Shown here: piece after piece, positions 61,423 through 64,000 of the stretch
Position numbering within the stretch: position 1 is the first letter of the stretch
Layout: every line of letters starts with the position of its first letter
Origin: the human T2T-CHM13v2.0 reference genome, Homo sapiens
NCBI RefSeq assembly: GCF_009914755.1
Contig: NC_060941.1
Length of the DNA stretch: 64,000 nucleotides
Direction: 5' to 3' (one strand)
The notes under the pieces: model-generated
The model's input: the letters and a program-made list of their open reading frames with translations, nothing else
Databases searched by the model: none
Told to the model about the DNA's origin: nothing
Position numbers and translations under genes: made by a program

Positions 61423-62383
61423 CTAGAAGGTAAGAAACATTAATGTATATAGTGGTCCATGGAGAAGATGGCGAAATCACACTGAGTCATGGTTTTTTAT
61501 AAAGAGCACTGGCTGGAGACACTAAAAAAAGTCACCAATACAATTAAAATACTTGGTCCCCCCTGCCTCCGATTCAGAATAAAATATTTGGTTTTTAAGC
61601 AACTCTTGTACGTTAACTATGTTCTAAAGAGTAAATTATACAAAAACTAAAATGTATCAAATCAATACTCTAAATCATATAAGCCTTGCACCATTTAACA
61701 TGTATTACAAATTAAGGAAAAAAACATGATAGATGATAGTTTAAAATTATGTATCTAAAAATATTTAATTGTCCAAGCTTTACTTGCAGTTTTTACTAAT
61801 GCTTCTTTGCAAAGTTTCATTGTTTTTTAACCTACATATGATACTGCTGTCTTAAATATATAGGACTTTTGGGGGCTTTCTGTCCAATAAAATATCCTCC
61901 CAAAAGTTTGCCTCCTTGGCTGCCCACATTCTAATTCATTTCTGAGGGTTGAATTTATACAATTTAGATCTTTTAGGCAGTGGTGCATATGATTTATTTT
62001 AGAGAAACCAAAACTATATTCTCATTGGTGACTTTTCCAGTTACATTTTAACTTTTCAACCTTTATGGAAGAACAGAAAGTATAAGGGGGGAAAAAAGAG
62101 AGTTTTTATAAAATAAAAGGAAAGAAAATTTTAAATCAGAAATGATTCCAATTAAGAAAACCAGTTATCAAAATCATTTTTAAAAAGGAGTAACAGTGTG
62201 TTGAAAGAATTCAGAGCAAAATCTTAGGGGTTAATTGGAGAAAGGAATGCATTAAATATATTTCAAGCAAAATTTCGATTAGCAAAATCAAGCAGCATTC
62301 ATTTGAAGATTAATGCTTAAGGTGTTAGCATTTGAGCAACATTTGGTTAAACAAGTTTTTTGCTGAATGCTTCACGAGCTCAC

Positions 62384-62617
62384 CACTCTCTTCAATTGAC
62401 AGGTTTTGATCTGAAGTATTTTCTGCCTCTGCAGTGGTGGTACCACTTACACATCCATCTACAGCAACCCCGTTACTGGCCATTAAACTGGGATACTTCT
62501 TACTGGAACCTGGGCCTAGGGCTTTGTGGCCAACTTCAGAAGCATTTAATTTAATTTGTTCCTGCCCAGATGTACTTATATCACAAGATACTAGGAACTT
62601 CTCCTCCAAGGAAGGGC
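62384..62617 (-). CDS. SYNRG: SYNRG exon, 234 nt, phase 1-1 (GPSLEEKF...SIEESG); symmetric and skippable
   Basis: tttag|GCCCTTCC acceptor, AGTG|gtgagc donor; ORF 62325..62609. Confidence 0.93.
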
Positions 62618-62697
62618 CTAAACAAAGAGCATGAAGGATTATTTGTATATAACTGTATATGTCTAATCTTTTTAACCATCCATCTCCACCCCCATAT

Positions 62698-63367
<670 letters not shown>

Positions 63368-64000
63368 TCACTGCACATTTGTATAGGACTTGAGAGACTT
63401 CAGAGATTTTAGAGAATGTAAACATAATTATCTACTGTGATTCTAAAGAATTCTATGAGACAGTAGGTGGAAGAGTGTAGTGGAAGGAGCACTACCTTTG
63501 AAATCTGACAACCTACATAAGATAACACTTCCACTAACTCCTAGGGAGGCCTCTGGCCAGTAACATCATCATCATCTCTTGGTCTGTTTCCATGTCCATC
63601 AAATGAGACAGTCTGGACTAAGTACATGTCTGCCAAGATCCCTCCCAGCACCCTGTCTCAAGCCAGGATGTGTAGCTGTCTCTATTCATTTTATAGATGA
63701 CAAAATCTAAGGCACACCAAGGACAAATTGACAGTAAATGGACAACCTGGGCTTCTGCCCCCAAGTGCCCTGTCACTGAAGCTGAAAGAGTACTTTCTAA
63801 AGAAGCCTTTCCTAGCTCCTTATTCTTAAGAAAATGATATCGGTGAATCTCCCAAACAACAATCTTCTGGAAAAATCAGAAGATTTCTTTTAAAGTTATA
63901 AGGCAGTTTAAAGTGCTCCTAGTTGAGGAGCAAAAGTTTTAAATCACCTTTCTGGAATGTCAAGACCCCAGAACTTAAAAATCTAGACACTTGTTTTGTT

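Overview
Human genomic DNA; a near-consensus, human-specific AluYb8 at 46615-46920 fixes the species. The window covers the 3' portion of SYNRG (synergin gamma/AP1GBP1, an AP-1 accessory protein; chr17q12 from recall) on the minus strand. I traced 16 coding exons by hand from 62617 down to the TGA stop at 3627-3629. All have GT-AG boundaries and consistent reading phases. They encode the EH domain, the DFxDF/FGEF gamma-adaptin-ear motifs and the Cys/His C-terminus. The 3' UTR runs from 3626 towards the start of the window. Introns are dense in Alu, with one 5'-truncated SVA, an L1MA-type 3' fragment, MLT1, MER2, MIR and L2. I found no new standalone gene system. The strongest unexplained signals are in RNA processing and genome dynamics: a candidate recursive splice site (branch point, pyrimidine tract, CAG|GTAAGG) at 13752/13753; a cluster of candidate micro/poison exons in intron 27258-37806; inverted Alu pairs in the 3' UTR and beside exons; a TSD-flanked retrocopy of unknown parent; a template-switch hairpin in the L1; and a local templated copy of an MLT1 segment into a MIR. 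Repeat boundaries are approximate and all subfamily calls are by eye.
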